In this document: positions 38,839 through 48,948 of the stretch, piece by piece
Numbering within the stretch: the stretch's first letter is position 1
How the letters are laid out: each line of letters starts with the position of its first letter
Source: a virus
IMG/VR virus record: IMGVR_UViG_3300033069_001718
Location: 1-61,527 of that record
Direction: 5' to 3' (one strand)
DNA: 61,527 nucleotides
Position numbers and translations under genes: made by a program
Notes under the pieces: generated by a model
What the model was told of the DNA's origin: nothing
Seen by the model: only the letters and a program-made list of their open reading frames with translations
Databases searched by the model: none

Positions 38839-39453
38839 AGTCAAAAGAAACCGATTACCAAGGAAAATTCATTTGAGGGCGGCGCCGCTGGCAGCGCCGG
38901 TACAGTCAATTATGCGACTGGCTGGGGAACCTATGCTTCTCCCGCTAACGCACAATATCCTGACCGGTTCGCCGGTAATCGTGGCAACAACACCGCTGAT
39001 CAACAACAGGGCGGTCCGGCCGGCGGCAAGAGTGTAACATCCGACATGCCCCAACAAGGTAAGCTTGCTGGCGCAGTCAATAAAATTTTCAAGAAAAAAG
39101 ACACGCCTTCGCCCGACGAAATCGCGGCCGGACTACAATATGAATTGGGGCAAATGATTCAAAAAGACAAGGGACGGGCCAAAGAAACCGTCTTAAGCAA
39201 CATTAAACGGGACCCTCACTATTACAGCAATTTACATATGTTAAACATTGATGATAAACAGATGAAGGTGGATGAGAGTCGTTTGGCTAAAAAAGCCGAA
39301 CTCAAGAATATTTTCCAGGAAATGGCCACGGAGCGCCCAAAGAAATACGAAACCAAACCTGAAATCGCTGAAGTGATGAAGGATCTGTGGCGGAAAAAGG
39401 AAGAGCGTAGTTTGTGGAAGCGGGGCAAGACTTCGCAAGCCCCAAACCATTAA
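38836..39453 (+). CDS. Gly/Ala/Gln-rich protein, possibly virion-associated
   Basis: Low-complexity N-terminal half. Preceded by a TATTTATA motif 4 nt from the ATG. Confidence 0.4.
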   Translation: MSQKKPITKENSFEGGAAGSAGTVNYATGWGTYASPANAQYPDRFAGNRGNNTADQQQGGPAGGKSVTSDMPQQGKLAGAVNKIFKKKDTPSPDEIAAGLQYELGQMIQKDKGRAKETVLSNIKRDPHYYSNLHMLNIDDKQMKVDESRLAKKAELKNIFQEMATERPKKYETKPEIAEVMKDLWRKKEERSLWKRGKTSQAPNH

Positions 39454-39473
39454 CCCCCGTTAATAAATGAGTT

Positions 39474-40529
39474 ATGAACCTACCAACGACGTTTTGTATT
39501 TCTCTTAAAGAGACACCCATAAGAACAAATGGCTTTCTTGATTTGGCTAAAAAAGCCGATCTACCGGTTTCTGTTTTTTATGGGGTATTAGGCGACTCCT
39601 TGGGTTTGATTCCTAAACTCACCAACGAATTGGAATGTCCCAAGAAAAATGTCTTTATCAACGAACGCGCGATTGGTTGTAATCTATCACATTTTCTTTT
39701 GTGGAATATGCTAAAATATCGTTCGGAGGAAGAGTTTTTGATTTTTGAAGATGACGCGATAATTCCTGATGATTTCATTTCAAGTTTTAAGAAACTATAC
39801 GATCAACTTCCTTCCAACTGGGAATTCGTATACATCGGTTGGATACCATATGGTAAGGATAGTGCGCCTTTGATTGTGAGTGACGGGATTTCTATCCGGT
39901 CTCCGAGCGCCACCCACGCCTATATGATTAAGAAATCGGCGATTGAAATTTTATGCGACAACGTCGTTCCGTTTCAATCTCCACTGGATTTGGCCATTAT
40001 CAATCGATGTCTTCCAAAACTAAAACACTATGTTTTTGACCCGCCCTTAGTCCGGCAACGGAGTTATGCGAATGTTAAAGATCCGGTTTGGATGTCTTTG
40101 ATCTATGATTGGTCCTCCGATTTATATGGTTTCAAACGAAAAATATTACGGGAAATGAATCTGGGGGATGGTTGGTATAATTTGGAAAAATCAACTGATG
40201 CTTACTGGATATGGAGTCGTGATACATTTACTATTAAATTACCTGAGTGCGCGGAGAACATTCATCTGGTTTTTAGTTCACCCATCCGAAATACTCTATC
40301 CCTATTCTGTGATGGTAAACAGACGGATTTTGAATTTCCGGTTGGTGATAATGAAATCCAACTACACACCGGCGGCGCTGTGTTATTATCAGGAAAAGTA
40401 TATGAACAATTCATTCCGATGAGATATGATCCAGCTTGTAAAGATGAAAGAGACCTTGGGATTTGTTTGAAAGCCATTAAAATTGATGTGGGTTCGATTC
40501 CTGTAACCGTTGGGGTGGAAGAACTATGA
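39474..40529 (+). CDS. glycosyltransferase family 25-like (LPS/LOS beta-glycosyltransferase family)
   Basis: GCNLSHFLLWNMLKYRSEEEFLIFEDDAIIPDDF matches the GT25 core. Confidence 0.6.
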   Translation: MNLPTTFCISLKETPIRTNGFLDLAKKADLPVSVFYGVLGDSLGLIPKLTNELECPKKNVFINERAIGCNLSHFLLWNMLKYRSEEEFLIFEDDAIIPDDFISSFKKLYDQLPSNWEFVYIGWIPYGKDSAPLIVSDGISIRSPSATHAYMIKKSAIEILCDNVVPFQSPLDLAIINRCLPKLKHYVFDPPLVRQRSYANVKDPVWMSLIYDWSSDLYGFKRKILREMNLGDGWYNLEKSTDAYWIWSRDTFTIKLPECAENIHLVFSSPIRNTLSLFCDGKQTDFEFPVGDNEIQLHTGGAVLLSGKVYEQFIPMRYDPACKDERDLGICLKAIKIDVGSIPVTVGVEEL

Positions 40530-41296
40530 TCCCTCAGAAAATTCATTATATTTACGGATTGGATCCTGAATTTTCTAAAAAACCATTCACATTGATTCAT
40601 TATTTATCCGTAATATCAGCGCATTTTTCTCAACAATTCGACATCACAATTCATATTAAATATGAACCGAAGAATAATGTTTGGTGGGAGAAAACAAAAC
40701 CGTGGGTTACTATCAAAGAATTACCTGATGTTCCCAATGAATTTTTCGGAATCCCCATTGTATTTCCTGAACATAAATGTGACTATCTCCGTTTAAAAAT
40801 TCTTGATGAAGTTGGGGGGATTTATATGGATATGGATACCATTTGTGTCGCTCCCTTATTTCCATTATTGGCTCACGATTTTGTTATGGGAGAAGAACGT
40901 TTGGATAAAAATTTAAACGGGTTATGTAATGCGATAGTAATGGCTAAGCCCCAAAACCAGTTTGGAAGAATTTGGTTAGATTCATTTCGTGATTTTAATC
41001 CCCTTGATTGGAATCTGATGGCAGTCCGCCGGCCTCTAGAAATAGCATTACAAAACCAAACTAAAATTCACATCGAACCTTCATCCTCATTTTTCAAATA
41101 TGATTGGCACCACATTCTTGATATATTCAACGGAGAGGTGGTGGACTATTCCGACATTTACACTATCCATTTGTGGGAGAGTAAATTATACCACCCAATA
41201 TTAAAACATATTACCATTGAGGATATTGTTGCCAGAGATTGTTATTTCAATAAACTTGCTAGAAAATACCTTAACCTTGCGGGGTGGAAACTATGA
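40526..41296 (+). CDS. DXD-motif glycosyltransferase (GT32 / Och1-like)
   Basis: GGIYMDMDTICV DXD motif. Confidence 0.5.
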   Translation: MIPQKIHYIYGLDPEFSKKPFTLIHYLSVISAHFSQQFDITIHIKYEPKNNVWWEKTKPWVTIKELPDVPNEFFGIPIVFPEHKCDYLRLKILDEVGGIYMDMDTICVAPLFPLLAHDFVMGEERLDKNLNGLCNAIVMAKPQNQFGRIWLDSFRDFNPLDWNLMAVRRPLEIALQNQTKIHIEPSSSFFKYDWHHILDIFNGEVVDYSDIYTIHLWESKLYHPILKHITIEDIVARDCYFNKLARKYLNLAGWKL

Positions 41297-42282
41297 GCCT
41301 AATTTTGCCGCCGATGCTAGATCAACATAGACCGCTTGGTAAATTTTCTCCAAATAGAAGCTTTGAAGTTGAGTGTTTAAAAATGTTATGTGAAATCCTA
41401 GATGATTATTGTAAATTCTATGACACTAAATATTGGATTGATTGGGGCACATTGTTGGGCGCTTACCGGGAAAAAAAAATCATCGATGGGGACCTGGACA
41501 TTGATGTCAGTTGTTGGATAACCGAAGCAGATCACTGGTGGGAACAAAAACAAGTGAATTTGATCCGAGCCGTTCAAAAAGAATTTTTCATTCGACATTT
41601 TTCATCTGACTATCATCTAGCAATATACCCCCGTGATTTTCAGAAATTTCAAATGAGTCACATCGACATCTATTTCCACCGTCTTGAAGGCAACCAATTG
41701 GTCGACGGACATAAAAACAAAATATTTCGGAGATTTTATGTAGATGAGTTGGAAACCACATCATTATATGATCAGACGTTTCCTTGCCCCCGACATACTA
41801 AAGAATTCTTAACATTAAGGTACGGGGCTGATTGGCAAACTCCCCAACCCCATTCTCCACCGGGAAATATGGGGAAAGACAAAGAAATATACACCGCTTA
41901 TACCGCTATGGTCGGAGATATGTTCCACATCGGCCACCTCAATCTGCTTCAACGGTGTAAGAACTTATTTGATAAAGTTATCGTCGGAGTTCATAATGAT
42001 GAAGCGGTGGTGTCTTATAAGAGCCGCCCGGTCATTCCCTATCCTCAACGCTTAGAAATCATTCGGTCTTGTAAATATGTGGATGAAGTTCTTGAAAACG
42101 CGCCTGCCATTACCACCGACCAATTACTGGATTCTATTTTAGCGGATTTTGTGGTCGCGGGGAGGGAAGACTCCGAAAAGATTAATCGACTATACCCAGT
42201 CCGACCAGAACGGTTACACCTCATTCGACGCACAGAGGATGTCAGCTCTTCCGCGATCAAGGAATTTGTCAAGTCTGTTTGA
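41293..42282 (+). CDS. LicD-family phosphotransferase fused to TagD-like cytidylyltransferase
   Basis: N-terminal YWIDWGTLLGAYRE...DGDLDIDV (LicD signature). C-terminal MVGDMFHIGHLNLL (HxGH cytidylyltransferase). Start at the ATGA-coupled ATG. The track start is GTG. Confidence 0.6.
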   Translation: MSLILPPMLDQHRPLGKFSPNRSFEVECLKMLCEILDDYCKFYDTKYWIDWGTLLGAYREKKIIDGDLDIDVSCWITEADHWWEQKQVNLIRAVQKEFFIRHFSSDYHLAIYPRDFQKFQMSHIDIYFHRLEGNQLVDGHKNKIFRRFYVDELETTSLYDQTFPCPRHTKEFLTLRYGADWQTPQPHSPPGNMGKDKEIYTAYTAMVGDMFHIGHLNLLQRCKNLFDKVIVGVHNDEAVVSYKSRPVIPYPQRLEIIRSCKYVDEVLENAPAITTDQLLDSILADFVVAGREDSEKINRLYPVRPERLHLIRRTEDVSSSAIKEFVKSV

Positions 42283-43732
42283 TTTTTTTCGTTTCGGGTC
42301 GCAAACCTACGCCACGGTTTAAATTAACAGCGTGGTGGCGCTTAGGATCAACCTGTTCTAAAATAGAATTTAATTGAATGTTCTTTTTATCCACCCACGC
42401 TTCAAAAGAATCTGGGCCCAGAAAACCATCGACACGAATAAGTGAGTTTCGGAAAAGGCTATTGTTTATTCCAGAATCTTTTTCCCACCAGAGATTTTCC
42501 TTTATCACTTGATGATAGATGGGGGTTCCAGGCAACGGAGTGAAGATCGATACGGAAAAACTATCCGCGCCACATCCACTCGCAACCTCAATGGTTTTTT
42601 CCATTTCAGCTCGGGTTTCTCCTGGTAGGCCGACCATCCAAAAAGTGTGAACGAACAAACCGGCCGCCTTGGCGTTTTGAATGGCTAATTTAAATTGGTC
42701 AACTTTGATATTTTTGCGGATGATCTTGTCCAATACACGTTGAACTCCACTTTCACACGCCAAGGTTATTTGATAACATCCACTCTGTTTCATTCGTCGG
42801 AACATTTCCGGTTGTTCGTGAGTGTGGTAATTGAGTTTTATCCCATTTGGGGTACACCACGGTAACTGAAATTCTTTCAGATAATCACATAGTTGGTAAA
42901 GTTTTTTGAGGTTGGCGGTCAGAGTATCATCCTGGAATTGAATTTCTTGAATATTGTAATCCGCAACCGCATGCTTTATTTCCTGATATAACCTCTGAGG
43001 GTCTTTCCAGCGTACGGAGGCGCCCCAGGTTAGGGGTGTAGTACAAAACTGACATTTTTCGGGACAACCCCTGGAGGCCATTACAGGCAATACTCTTCCG
43101 GAATACGATTGTGCGGAATGAAATAAACCGACCCTGAAATATTTTTCCATCGGAAATAAATCCCATGCGGGGGCAAGACATTCGGCCATCTCAATGAATT
43201 TTCCAGGAGGATTGGTTATTAACTCATTGCCCTTGAAATAACTAAGGCCCGGTGTGGTTTTAGAAAACCCATCAATGAATTGAGGTAATGAAAATTCCGC
43301 TTCTCCGCTGAAATAATAGTCGATGTTCGTATCAATGCGAACGGGGGCAATTTCCAATTTCCAATCGCGGATAGTATTTGTAATGTAATTTCCACCAACT
43401 ATAACAAGTACTTTCGGATTGATCTCTTTACAGAGGGCGGCAATTTCCGCCGCACTATCCATTAGATTGCTAAAAAGAACCGATATTCCAACAAGATCGG
43501 GATTAATCTTCCGGATTTTTTCTGAGATATTATTCTTCGATTCTCCAATGGATATCATCGTCCCGCCAATTGGTTTCTGAATTTCCCAACCTTCAATCGC
43601 AGTGTCATACACAACGACATCGTGTTTTAAACGGAGGTATGCCGCAAGGTAGGCTAATCCCAATGGAGGTTGGATACGATTAATTCCTCCACTGACCCCC
43701 TTGATGTTTGGGGATATTAACAAGATTTTCAT
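42269..43732 (-). CDS. B12-binding radical SAM enzyme
   Basis: MASRGCPEKCQFC CxxxCxxC. N-terminal LVIVGGNYIT B12-domain-like. Convergent with the LicD gene, with a 14-nt 3-prime overlap. Confidence 0.7.
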   Translation of the reverse strand: MKILLISPNIKGVSGGINRIQPPLGLAYLAAYLRLKHDVVVYDTAIEGWEIQKPIGGTMISIGESKNNISEKIRKINPDLVGISVLFSNLMDSAAEIAALCKEINPKVLVIVGGNYITNTIRDWKLEIAPVRIDTNIDYYFSGEAEFSLPQFIDGFSKTTPGLSYFKGNELITNPPGKFIEMAECLAPAWDLFPMEKYFRVGLFHSAQSYSGRVLPVMASRGCPEKCQFCTTPLTWGASVRWKDPQRLYQEIKHAVADYNIQEIQFQDDTLTANLKKLYQLCDYLKEFQLPWCTPNGIKLNYHTHEQPEMFRRMKQSGCYQITLACESGVQRVLDKIIRKNIKVDQFKLAIQNAKAAGLFVHTFWMVGLPGETRAEMEKTIEVASGCGADSFSVSIFTPLPGTPIYHQVIKENLWWEKDSGINNSLFRNSLIRVDGFLGPDSFEAWVDKKNIQLNSILEQVDPKRHHAVNLNRGVGLRPETKKIKQT

Positions 43733-43809
43733 TATAACGGTTTAAACAATACATATATTCAAGGATAAGTCAATTTCAAGAAGAAGTCGTATCTTTCTCA
43801 TAATTTAAC

Positions 43810-43828
43810 AATATTTATACGTTGTATG
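43810..43828 (+). promoter_or_regulatory. conserved start-proximal motif ATATTTATA-N6-ATG
   Basis: caatatttatacgttgtATGAAT. Confidence 0.4.
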
Positions 43829-45217
43829 AATTACAGAGACTTCTATAAGCAAGAACAGGCGCTAGCGGGTTCTCCCACCCTGGCGGAAAATATTGATTTA
43901 TCCAAAATTCCGCCTGAGCTCCTTAAAGGGGCAGAGGTCGAACTGGAACACACCCCCAGCAAAGGAAAGTCTTTGCGTGACGCTGCTCCAGCGGACATAA
44001 AAATCGCTTTAAAAACCTCCCTCGATCATTATAAAGAGGATAAACATTACTATGAAAAGCTGGCCGGGGCCGGCATCGATGAATGTAATGCGTCGTATGG
44101 CGGTTGGACACCTGTCCCGCCGCAATTGGGATTGGATGTACCTAGCCGCATACGCCCCGTTTCCATTGTCAATTTAGTTAATCCTGTCGCTGCCTTCGGC
44201 GGCAAAGCTATGGGCATGTCCAGCCGGCCTGATACCGCGGTTGGTTCCGTTGCTGACGATAAAGAAAAGATTACTGCGGCAGGTGAGGTTGACTCTTCCA
44301 TTGCGCAAAAATCCGTGGGCGGCACCGTCATCCCCAACAAAGGTCAAAAGCAAGAAGGGCCAAACCATAATGGTTGTATCGCAGGCACTCCGGACAATTC
44401 TGCCAAGAAGAGTCCTGCTCCCGGTGGACCTAATTCCAAGGGCTCGATTAATGGTACACCCAAGAACCCAACCTTTGGGCTTAAGGGGAGTGATCTAATT
44501 AAGGGTGGTTTTGGCGTTTCCACCGATCAAGCCAAGATTGGTCAATTTGAAGATTGTGGGAATGAAGAGGAAGAAGTAGCCATTGAAACTCCGGATGAAG
44601 ATGATTTAGACGCGGCTAATCGGCGTGAAGTCGATTCAATGGAACCAAATATGGATTCGGCTGATATGGCCAGCGCGGAAGATCAACGTCAATCCACAGA
44701 GGATTTGCCGGGCGCTGAGGAAGAAGGTGAGGACGTGACGATTAAATTGAATGAGGCCATTAAAAATGTGGTTCACGAAGTCATCCACGAAGTTATTCAG
44801 GAAGCCCGGGCTAAAAAGCGTTCCCAAGCAGTAGCTAAGCCAATCATAAAGAGTTTTAAGAAAGCAGGCGCGCTCCAACGGGAAGCCGCATTTATTTCCC
44901 GTAAAATCAATGAGGGTCGGGAACTGACCGCCGACGAACGTGCGGTAATCACTGAAATTCTTATTGCGAAGGCAGTGCGCCTCAAAGAAGAATTTGATGC
45001 TGAGGGTTGGCAGTCTGCGGCGGAAGGCCAACAAGCCATCCTTGATAGTTGGGTCGAAGACATTGTTAAATATCGTTCCCGCAATGACACGGTAGAGGAT
45101 TTAGTGGCCAGTATCACCGTCGTTGCGGAGGATAAGCTTGGTATTCGGCACATCAACGATGAGGAAATTTCCCGCCAAGTCGAAGAATTTATGGCAAAAT
45201 ATCCCGCCAAACATTAA
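43826..45217 (+). CDS. acidic low-complexity protein, possibly structural or internal
   Basis: Gly/Ala/Pro/Asp/Glu-rich. Preceded by a TATTTATA motif. Confidence 0.4.
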   Translation: MNYRDFYKQEQALAGSPTLAENIDLSKIPPELLKGAEVELEHTPSKGKSLRDAAPADIKIALKTSLDHYKEDKHYYEKLAGAGIDECNASYGGWTPVPPQLGLDVPSRIRPVSIVNLVNPVAAFGGKAMGMSSRPDTAVGSVADDKEKITAAGEVDSSIAQKSVGGTVIPNKGQKQEGPNHNGCIAGTPDNSAKKSPAPGGPNSKGSINGTPKNPTFGLKGSDLIKGGFGVSTDQAKIGQFEDCGNEEEEVAIETPDEDDLDAANRREVDSMEPNMDSADMASAEDQRQSTEDLPGAEEEGEDVTIKLNEAIKNVVHEVIHEVIQEARAKKRSQAVAKPIIKSFKKAGALQREAAFISRKINEGRELTADERAVITEILIAKAVRLKEEFDAEGWQSAAEGQQAILDSWVEDIVKYRSRNDTVEDLVASITVVAEDKLGIRHINDEEISRQVEEFMAKYPAKH

Positions 45218-45227
45218 ATTGTCGGTT

Positions 45228-46748
45228 ATGATAAACCTTCGACGATTACTTTTCGAAAATCCAGACGTTGCTTCTTATCACGGAGAACTCCATCGTTACG
45301 GAAGTAAGACCGCGTTTGGTATTTTTAGTATTTTTCACGACCAACAAACTAACCGCTGGGTGGCCGCCGTTGCGAGTCTTGGTCAGATCAAAACATCGGA
45401 TTCTGATTTGAACAAACTCATTGATTTTGAAGATCTGGCTCTGGACGATTCAAACACCGATGTAATGGATGTCCACCCTAATCTCCTTGATGTCCTAGTC
45501 ACGCTTAAGAGAATTCCAAGGGTTGGTAGTTATTTTGAATATCGGAGCGACCGCCGGGATATTCCAGTTAATGGCCGTGTATGGAAAACCAAAGACGGAA
45601 AACAATATCTTGTGTCGCTTTGGTCCCGGATCCCCTCATACTCAAAATACAAAAAAGAAATTGACTCTGCGTTACGCCTATTGAAAGCCGAACCAGAAAA
45701 GTGTTCGTATGAATTCATTGAACACCCGAACAAATGGTATTCCTATGCGGACTTGAATGCTCAAAAAGCTGATGTGGAGCGAGGGGCGCTGTCGGATGAA
45801 GAAGTCCGTAAACTTTTAAAAATTCAACATCTTAATCCCGATGTAAAAAAGATACTAGCCCGTTCCTCAGGCCCAGACCGGCTCCAAACGCAAGCGGATG
45901 AATTGGGGACCACGGTGGCTGCCATCAAAAATGCGATGAATTTATATGAGTCTGCGCCGTTAAAAGAGTCTCCGGATGACATTGAACCTATTAAGGGACA
46001 TCAAGTCAGTTATATGGATCATAGTAAAGTCATCGCCGTCGTTTGTGTTGGGTATTACCAGAACGATGGGGCCCGTAAATTTGGTTGGTTGGCAGGTAAC
46101 AGCCAAAGTGGAAAAATTTGGTTGAATGGAGAAGAATTGCCGGGAGTGGAATATGAGGGAGAAACTCACGGAGACCTGCGTCGGTCAGCAGATTACGACG
46201 ATTACTCATTTGAAGACCGTTGTAATTTTCGGCTTTATAAGATAGTTGATAAATATTACGCTTCATTTTGGAGTGGTCAGTATGTGGTAAAGAAATACAA
46301 GGAAACCATTATCGAATGTCTTGACTTTCTCACTTCCAAAAAACATCAGGAAGTAATGTATCAATTCGATACAATGGCCGATGATAAATTTGTATCTTTT
46401 GCGGATGCTTTTGGGATTAAACAAAAACGCACACGCTCAAAAGAGGAAGCGGAACTAATCAAGGCCTTACATCTTATGCCCGCAGCGCAAAAAGCTGAGC
46501 TGTTAAAGAAAATGGGAGCGATGAAGCCCACGGAATTACAAAAGGCCGCCGATAAATTCGGGATGACCACGATTGAGCTTCGGCAAGCGTTAGGGCTGGA
46601 TGTGGCAGAAAATAGTTTAGGTAATTTGAGTTTTAGTGACTATAACGATCCCAGTATTCCCTACGAAGCTAAACCCCGCCCCAGTCTTACGCCTAGCTAT
46701 GGTACTAATTTTGAACATTTCACCCGCAAGCGAAAGCGGTTTAGATAA
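45228..46748 (+). CDS. hypothetical protein
   Basis: Start moved to an in-frame ATG downstream of the preceding stop. Confidence 0.4.
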   Translation: MINLRRLLFENPDVASYHGELHRYGSKTAFGIFSIFHDQQTNRWVAAVASLGQIKTSDSDLNKLIDFEDLALDDSNTDVMDVHPNLLDVLVTLKRIPRVGSYFEYRSDRRDIPVNGRVWKTKDGKQYLVSLWSRIPSYSKYKKEIDSALRLLKAEPEKCSYEFIEHPNKWYSYADLNAQKADVERGALSDEEVRKLLKIQHLNPDVKKILARSSGPDRLQTQADELGTTVAAIKNAMNLYESAPLKESPDDIEPIKGHQVSYMDHSKVIAVVCVGYYQNDGARKFGWLAGNSQSGKIWLNGEELPGVEYEGETHGDLRRSADYDDYSFEDRCNFRLYKIVDKYYASFWSGQYVVKKYKETIIECLDFLTSKKHQEVMYQFDTMADDKFVSFADAFGIKQKRTRSKEEAELIKALHLMPAAQKAELLKKMGAMKPTELQKAADKFGMTTIELRQALGLDVAENSLGNLSFSDYNDPSIPYEAKPRPSLTPSYGTNFEHFTRKRKRFR

Positions 46749-46766
46749 TATATTTATAAGGGTATG
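46749..46766 (+). promoter_or_regulatory. conserved start-proximal motif ATATTTATA-N5-ATGAG
   Basis: atatatttataagggtATGAGG. Confidence 0.45.
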
Positions 46767-47174
46767 AGGCCGGAACAAAAAGAGGAATTTAAACGTAATG
46801 TGGGTAAGTTGTTTGGAGAACTGAAAAAACAACTGAAGCTAAAATCCACGCCCCAACTTATTCTGGTGGAAAACCCGGACAATGCGCAGAAGCCCTTCGG
46901 TCGGACCGCCCATTATGAACCGGACGGTAGAGTGATTCGGTTATTTATTACGGATCGGCACCCCAAGGATATCTTACGCTCCTTTAGCCACGAAGTCATT
47001 CACCATTGGCAGAATGAGAATGGCAAGTTAACCAATACCCAAACCGCCCAGTCCACAAGCGGCGACCCCCAATATGCGCAAAATGATCCGGTTTTGCGCC
47101 GGATGGAACAACAAGCCTATCTTTTGGGGAATATGATTTTTAGAGATTTTGAGGATCGTATAAAAAATGAGTGA
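46764..47174 (+). CDS. small HExxH-motif protein (possible Zn-metallopeptidase-like)
   Basis: SFSHEVIHHWQ. Preceded by a TATTTATA motif. Confidence 0.35.
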   Translation: MRPEQKEEFKRNVGKLFGELKKQLKLKSTPQLILVENPDNAQKPFGRTAHYEPDGRVIRLFITDRHPKDILRSFSHEVIHHWQNENGKLTNTQTAQSTSGDPQYAQNDPVLRRMEQQAYLLGNMIFRDFEDRIKNE

Positions 47175-47616
47175 TTATGACCGAGCTGGTTCTGAGTTTC
47201 AATATAGCCGGGCACCAGATTTCAATCAAATGTTAGGTGGGATGTTAGGTGGAAAAGCACCTGAGGCTAAACCTGGTCCCAACGGGTTTGACCCGCATAA
47301 ACTGATGGTCAAGAAGCACAAGGTTGAAACCGGAGAAGCGTTACCGGAAATTCCTAAAGCTCCAACTTGGCCGGAAGCGGATGTCAAGGCCTTACAAGAT
47401 TATTGTCAACGAATGGGAATTATTGGATTTTCAACACGTCACAATCCTCGATTGGCCTTGGCTCAACTCAAACAACAGGTGGGAGATATGTCGGATATAT
47501 CCCTGGAAAACCGTGTTCCACTCGGCTATGAAAAACGGGGCACTCTTAATTCACATAATAGCAATTTCCCCTATCAGAAACCAACCTCAGTAAAAAAGTC
47601 TCTTCTCAACGATTGA
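47167..47616 (+). CDS. hypothetical protein
   Basis: ORF. Start reads ATGAGTG. Confidence 0.35.
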   Translation: MSDYDRAGSEFQYSRAPDFNQMLGGMLGGKAPEAKPGPNGFDPHKLMVKKHKVETGEALPEIPKAPTWPEADVKALQDYCQRMGIIGFSTRHNPRLALAQLKQQVGDMSDISLENRVPLGYEKRGTLNSHNSNFPYQKPTSVKKSLLND

Positions 47617-47618
47617 CT

Positions 47619-47637
47619 CATATTTATATCTTATATG
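47619..47637 (+). promoter_or_regulatory. conserved start-proximal motif cATATTTATA-N6-ATGAG
   Basis: tcatatttatatcttatATGAGT. Confidence 0.45.
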
Positions 47638-47877
47638 AGTGACCCGCGTGAGACATTCTACCGGAAGGCTTCCCATTTACAGGAGCTGGCAGCCAGAGGT
47701 ATTTTAGAAATTGCCTATGAAGGTAATATAGGCTTTCACGAACTGGTCCAGTTCTACACTAAGGCCAACGAATTCCAAATCGAACAGCTGGAGTACTATT
47801 TAAAAACAAATCAAATACCCCAAGTGTTACATCTGATTGAAATTGTGACCGGAACACATCTTGTCGTCCCCGTATAA
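47635..47877 (+). CDS. hypothetical protein
   Basis: Preceded by a TATTTATA motif. Confidence 0.35.
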   Translation: MSDPRETFYRKASHLQELAARGILEIAYEGNIGFHELVQFYTKANEFQIEQLEYYLKTNQIPQVLHLIEIVTGTHLVVPV

Positions 47878-47888
47878 GGAGAAGTAAT

Positions 47889-48878
47889 ATGAAAATGAGT
47901 TTTAAATTAATTCAAATCGGCTTAGTTAGTTGCCTTGCTCTGACTCTGGCAGGCTGCGCCGCTTTAACCAGCCATAATGAAGGCGCAACCGGCAAATCCA
48001 CCAAGGCGGAGGAAAAAGCGGCCAACCGCGTAGACGCAGTAAATGAGGCTATTGTTTTAAACGACCGACAAAAATTACAAAGTATTGGGGTTTTCGCTGC
48101 TGGCACGGATTACGCTCTTTCCAAAGTCCAAGACCCGCCCAAGGAAGTTGAAGTTGCGCGGGAACTAAACTCCCGGGTTTTGAACATCGCAGGATCGCCT
48201 GCCTTGGAACAATTGAAGAGCGTCACGTTGATGGTGGATAATTTAGTAAGCACGCTTCAAGAACAAAAGAATAAAGGTCTGAGTGATCTGGCCGAACGGG
48301 ACAAGGACATCTACACGATTCAATTGGAGAAAAAAGCGCTTGAACAAACCAAGGAATTTGAAATCAAAAAGTATATGGATGTTGCTCAAGTCGCCGCGGC
48401 TAAGGCCGATCAATATGCGGCGACCTTGGGGGATATGGATAGTATGTGGGGCTTGGGAGCTATTTTTTATGGCTTCAAACGGCTGATTTCCCGCGCTTTA
48501 ATATTTATAACCATCTTCGCTTTTATTTATCTTGTCTTACGGGTGGCCTCCACAATGAACCCTGCTTTCGCTGCGGTATTCCAAATTTTTAATATGGTTG
48601 CCAGCGTTTTTATAAACCTAATTAAAGGTTTGGCCCCAGGCGCAGCTTCCCTCGCTAAACTTGTTCCCGAATCGACTTATACCCTATACAAACAAACTCT
48701 GGGTCACATCGTTGATAACATTGAATTGTTGAAGGAAGAAGATAAAAAAGCGGTTGCCGCTGGTTTACCATTAAAAAAATATACCATCCCCGAAATCCTC
48801 AATACCTTCGGCGGGTCAATGGATCAGTCCAATAAAGATATCATTGACAAAACCAAGATCGATGTGAACTGGAAATAA
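47889..48878 (+). CDS. lipoprotein with C-terminal transmembrane region
   Basis: Lipobox LTLAGC after a signal peptide. Predicted coiled-coil middle. Two C-terminal hydrophobic helices. Strong AAGGAG SD. Confidence 0.45.
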   Translation: MKMSFKLIQIGLVSCLALTLAGCAALTSHNEGATGKSTKAEEKAANRVDAVNEAIVLNDRQKLQSIGVFAAGTDYALSKVQDPPKEVEVARELNSRVLNIAGSPALEQLKSVTLMVDNLVSTLQEQKNKGLSDLAERDKDIYTIQLEKKALEQTKEFEIKKYMDVAQVAAAKADQYAATLGDMDSMWGLGAIFYGFKRLISRALIFITIFAFIYLVLRVASTMNPAFAAVFQIFNMVASVFINLIKGLAPGAASLAKLVPESTYTLYKQTLGHIVDNIELLKEEDKKAVAAGLPLKKYTIPEILNTFGGSMDQSNKDIIDKTKIDVNWK

Positions 48879-48948
48879 TAAGTTGAATAAAAAAACGAAT
48901 TAAGTTACAATACCTTAATGATGTACATAGTTATCATCAGATTCATAT

